A DNA stretch of 63,307 nt, counting the filler, from Chiloscyllium plagiosum (lineage: Eukaryota): NCBI RefSeq assembly GCF_004010195.1. It is 5 parts of one record of this genome, joined end to end, with 100 filler letters (N's around TTAATTAATTAA, not from the genome) between each part and the next. Parts side by side here need not be neighbours in the genome. Positions count along the whole stretch, not along the records: positions 53,305 to 63,307 come from NC_057717.1; 4 more parts are not named here. One strand, 5' to 3'. The position numbers and the translations under genes were made by a program. Of this stretch, positions 60,704 to 63,307 are shown in pieces (within the stretch, counting starts at the first letter, position 1; each line of letters begins with the position of its first letter). Under the pieces are notes generated by a model. It ran no database searches, was not told the DNA's origin, and saw only the letters and a program-made list of their open reading frames with translations.

Positions 60704-63246
60704 ACTTCCCATTTTAAGAAAAAAATGACCAATTTTCATGAAAGGATGGCTTTATTTTTATTCTTTTCATTCAACAGATTACTATAGCATATAAGTAACT
60801 TTAGTCGAAGTTCAACGTAATGTCTTCCAATATGCACATTATAAAATATTGAATAAATTCAAATCTCATGTAAACTTCATCTGTTAAATCGGCAATAATG
60901 CAACTACAATTTTATTCTTAGGAGACACAAAATATACGATTTTCACATTAAAAGTCTGTAACATAAGACGCCAATGAAATAGTCTCATATGCTTAGCTTT
61001 AAAGCGTTTTAAGAATTACAGAGAATAGTGATCATTATACATCATCGTCTCTTTTTCGATTGCAGAGTATTTTCTCTGCTGGATGCTGAGTTTCTTGAAA
61101 AAGTACCAGCTGGCAGTTCAATCCCATCCTCATCCTCCTGTGTCATGAACATGGATGGCGTATTTAAAAAGTTTTGTAACCATTGATGTAGCTGTAACTG
61201 GTTGTTAGTTAATATTGATGTCAAACATTCGAATGCCTCCTGGAATTGTTCTGTCCATCAAAACTGTGTGCTCTTCTTCAGCAAATCAGTTAATGGTGCC
61301 ACTATACTGCTGACATTTGAACAAACTTTTAATAGAATCGACTTAGTACAAAGAATTGAAACACATCTTTCGAGAGGTTGGTCGAGGGAATTCGTCGAAG
61401 GTCTTCATCTTGGCATTCCATGGAGTCAACCTTCCATGACCGATGTTATGTCCCAAGAATGTAACCTCGGCTTTCGCGAATTCTGTTTTATTGAAGATTA
61501 TCACCGGTTTTGTTTCTCGTCGTCTTGAGAAGAGCTCTGCCAACTGTACTATGTGGTCTCGTCAGGACTTACTAAAGATCACTATGTCGTCCAAATAGAC
61601 TGCACATTTTGTTAATATAGCCAATGCTCTATTCATGAGTCTTTGGAATGTGACTAGGGCGTTTTACATTCCAAAGGAAAGCACTTTAAAATGATATAGC
61701 CGACTTGGTGTTAGAAATACATACACTTCTTTTACCTTCTCTGAAAAATGTACCTGCCTTAAGTTCAACTTGCTGATGCATGACTTTCGCGACACAGGCC
61801 ACCAATCTTTAAATTGGGTATGAGTCTGATTTTGGAATGGTGTTGACCTTCCGATGACCCATGCAGAATCGTTGAGTCCCATTCAGTTTGGGAAATACGA
61901 TGATCAGCAAAATACATGCAAACTGGCTTGGTCCGATGATATTCCCGTCGAGCATGGCCTCCACCTCCTCAATCTGGCCCTGTTTGGTTTTGAAATGATT
62001 AAACGGGAGGGATGTTGTTTTATCGCAGCAGTATTCCCTCCGTCTGCAGCATGCACAATAGAATTAGTCTTCCCCATCTGATTCTTAAATATAGCCTTAT
62101 ACTGCAGTAACAAGCGTTTTAGCTGCGTTCAATACTCATAAGACTGATGGTTTACTAACCTAACCCACTCCTCAAGAACTAACTTATGTTTTAATCTATT
62201 TTGAGACACATGGAAATCCACATCATCCTCATTTGAACCCTTATTCTCTGTGGCAGTGATAAACATCTGTTTTTCAAGTTCTTTCTCTTTCATGTAATCC
62301 GGTTTCATCATGTTCACATGATATACCCAGTACGTTTTCCGTCTACATGGCATCTTTTTTTCGAGAGTTCACATAACTCAACTTTTCCTCAATTTGATTG
62401 CGACCACTAAACTTAGCTATGAATGGATCTGCTATCGCTGATCATCCCCTCGGGAATACGTCCGACTCTCAAAGCTTTTATCTGCCACGTGCTTCTCTCC
62501 ATGCTGTGACCCTTTTAAATGCTGTTTCGCGAACTTACCTACTCGATTTAATTTCTCCCACACCTCCAATACATAATGTAAGCGTGGGATCTCTGAATTT
62601 GGTCCTGTTAGTTTTTTTGCAATTAATTTCAAATGGGCTCTCAGTTCATGCCCAAGTATTACCTCAAAGGGAGTGAACAATGTGTATTATTTTGGGGCAT
62701 CTCCAAAGGTAAACAACGCAAGTGGCAATCGGTGGTCACAATCATTCGAGCAATTCTGACATTATGCTCCCAACATATTCTTAAAAGTCTGATGCCATCT
62801 TCGTAAAGCTCCCTGGGATTCAAGGTGATGTGTACTGGATTTAACGTGCTGCACACCTAAACTATCCATTGCCCCTTTAATGAGCCTAGCAGTGAAATTT
62901 GACACTTGGTCCGACTGAATCTCTCTGGGTAACCCAGACAGTGTACTCAAAGTTACTAACTCCTCTACTACCCTTTATGCCTTGATACCCCAAGGTGGAA
63001 TTGCCTTCTAAAATCTGTTAGACACATCCATTATGGTTAACAAGCATTTACTTCCAATATTAGTTCTCGGTTAAGAACATCCAGAATCAGTTATAGCCAG
63101 CGAGTAAAGTTCTTCAAATATGGGAATTGACAATAAATGTGCTTGGTTGTATTCCCACCAGAGGCTTATTTGGAGTTGGCACGTATGACATGTATGGCAA
63201 AGGTTAACCACATCCTTGTGAATCCCAGGCCAACGAAAGTATTCTT
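60704..63246 (-). mobile_element. Decayed Gmr1-type Gypsy pol (integrase, RT, RNase H order)
   Basis: In minus-strand order: WPGIHKDV..CHTCHTCQ, GLPREIQSDQVSNF...ESQGALRRWHQTFKNML, VYHVNMMK, then IKQHP, SFGM*NALVTFQRLMN...VYLDDIVIFS...FLGH, then YFFKKL..QRKYSAIEKE. Confidence 0.88.
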
Positions 63247-63307
63247 GTCATAGAGTCATAGAGTTATAGAGATGTACAGCATGGAAACAGACCCTTTGGT
63301 CCAAGCT
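63247..63307 (-). mobile_element. CR1 3' tail inserted in the integrase
   Basis: GTCATAGAGTCATAGAG...TACAGCATGGAAACAGACCCTTTGGTCCAA. Confidence 0.85.

Overview
This is eukaryotic, repeat-dense DNA from a cartilaginous fish. A shark is inferred from HE1/V-SINE-type SINEs, CR1 LINEs, Penelope elements and shark-type minisatellites. The window is not one contig: four artificial 100-bp spacers (44N-TTAATTAATTAA-44N) join five pieces (1-23185, 23286-44346, 44447-47615, 47716-53204, 53305-63307), and there are many further N gaps. Recognisable host genes are three correctly phased exons of ATG2A (+) and two exons of a GPR139/142-like class A GPCR (-), which lie on either side of a spacer. The most striking item is at 1-2229: the decayed 3' end of an LTR retroelement (env, polypurine tract, 3' LTR) whose TM subunit aligns by eye, in register, with filovirus GP2. 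Also present are a Gmr1-type Gypsy element (integrase before RT), Penelope termini with minimal hammerhead-ribozyme motifs, a 5'-inverted CR1, a Harbinger-type Myb relic, an old segmental duplication and several minisatellites, some derived from transposons. No prokaryotic-type system (CRISPR, operon) is present. All family assignments come from motif recognition without database searches, and repeat boundaries are approximate.
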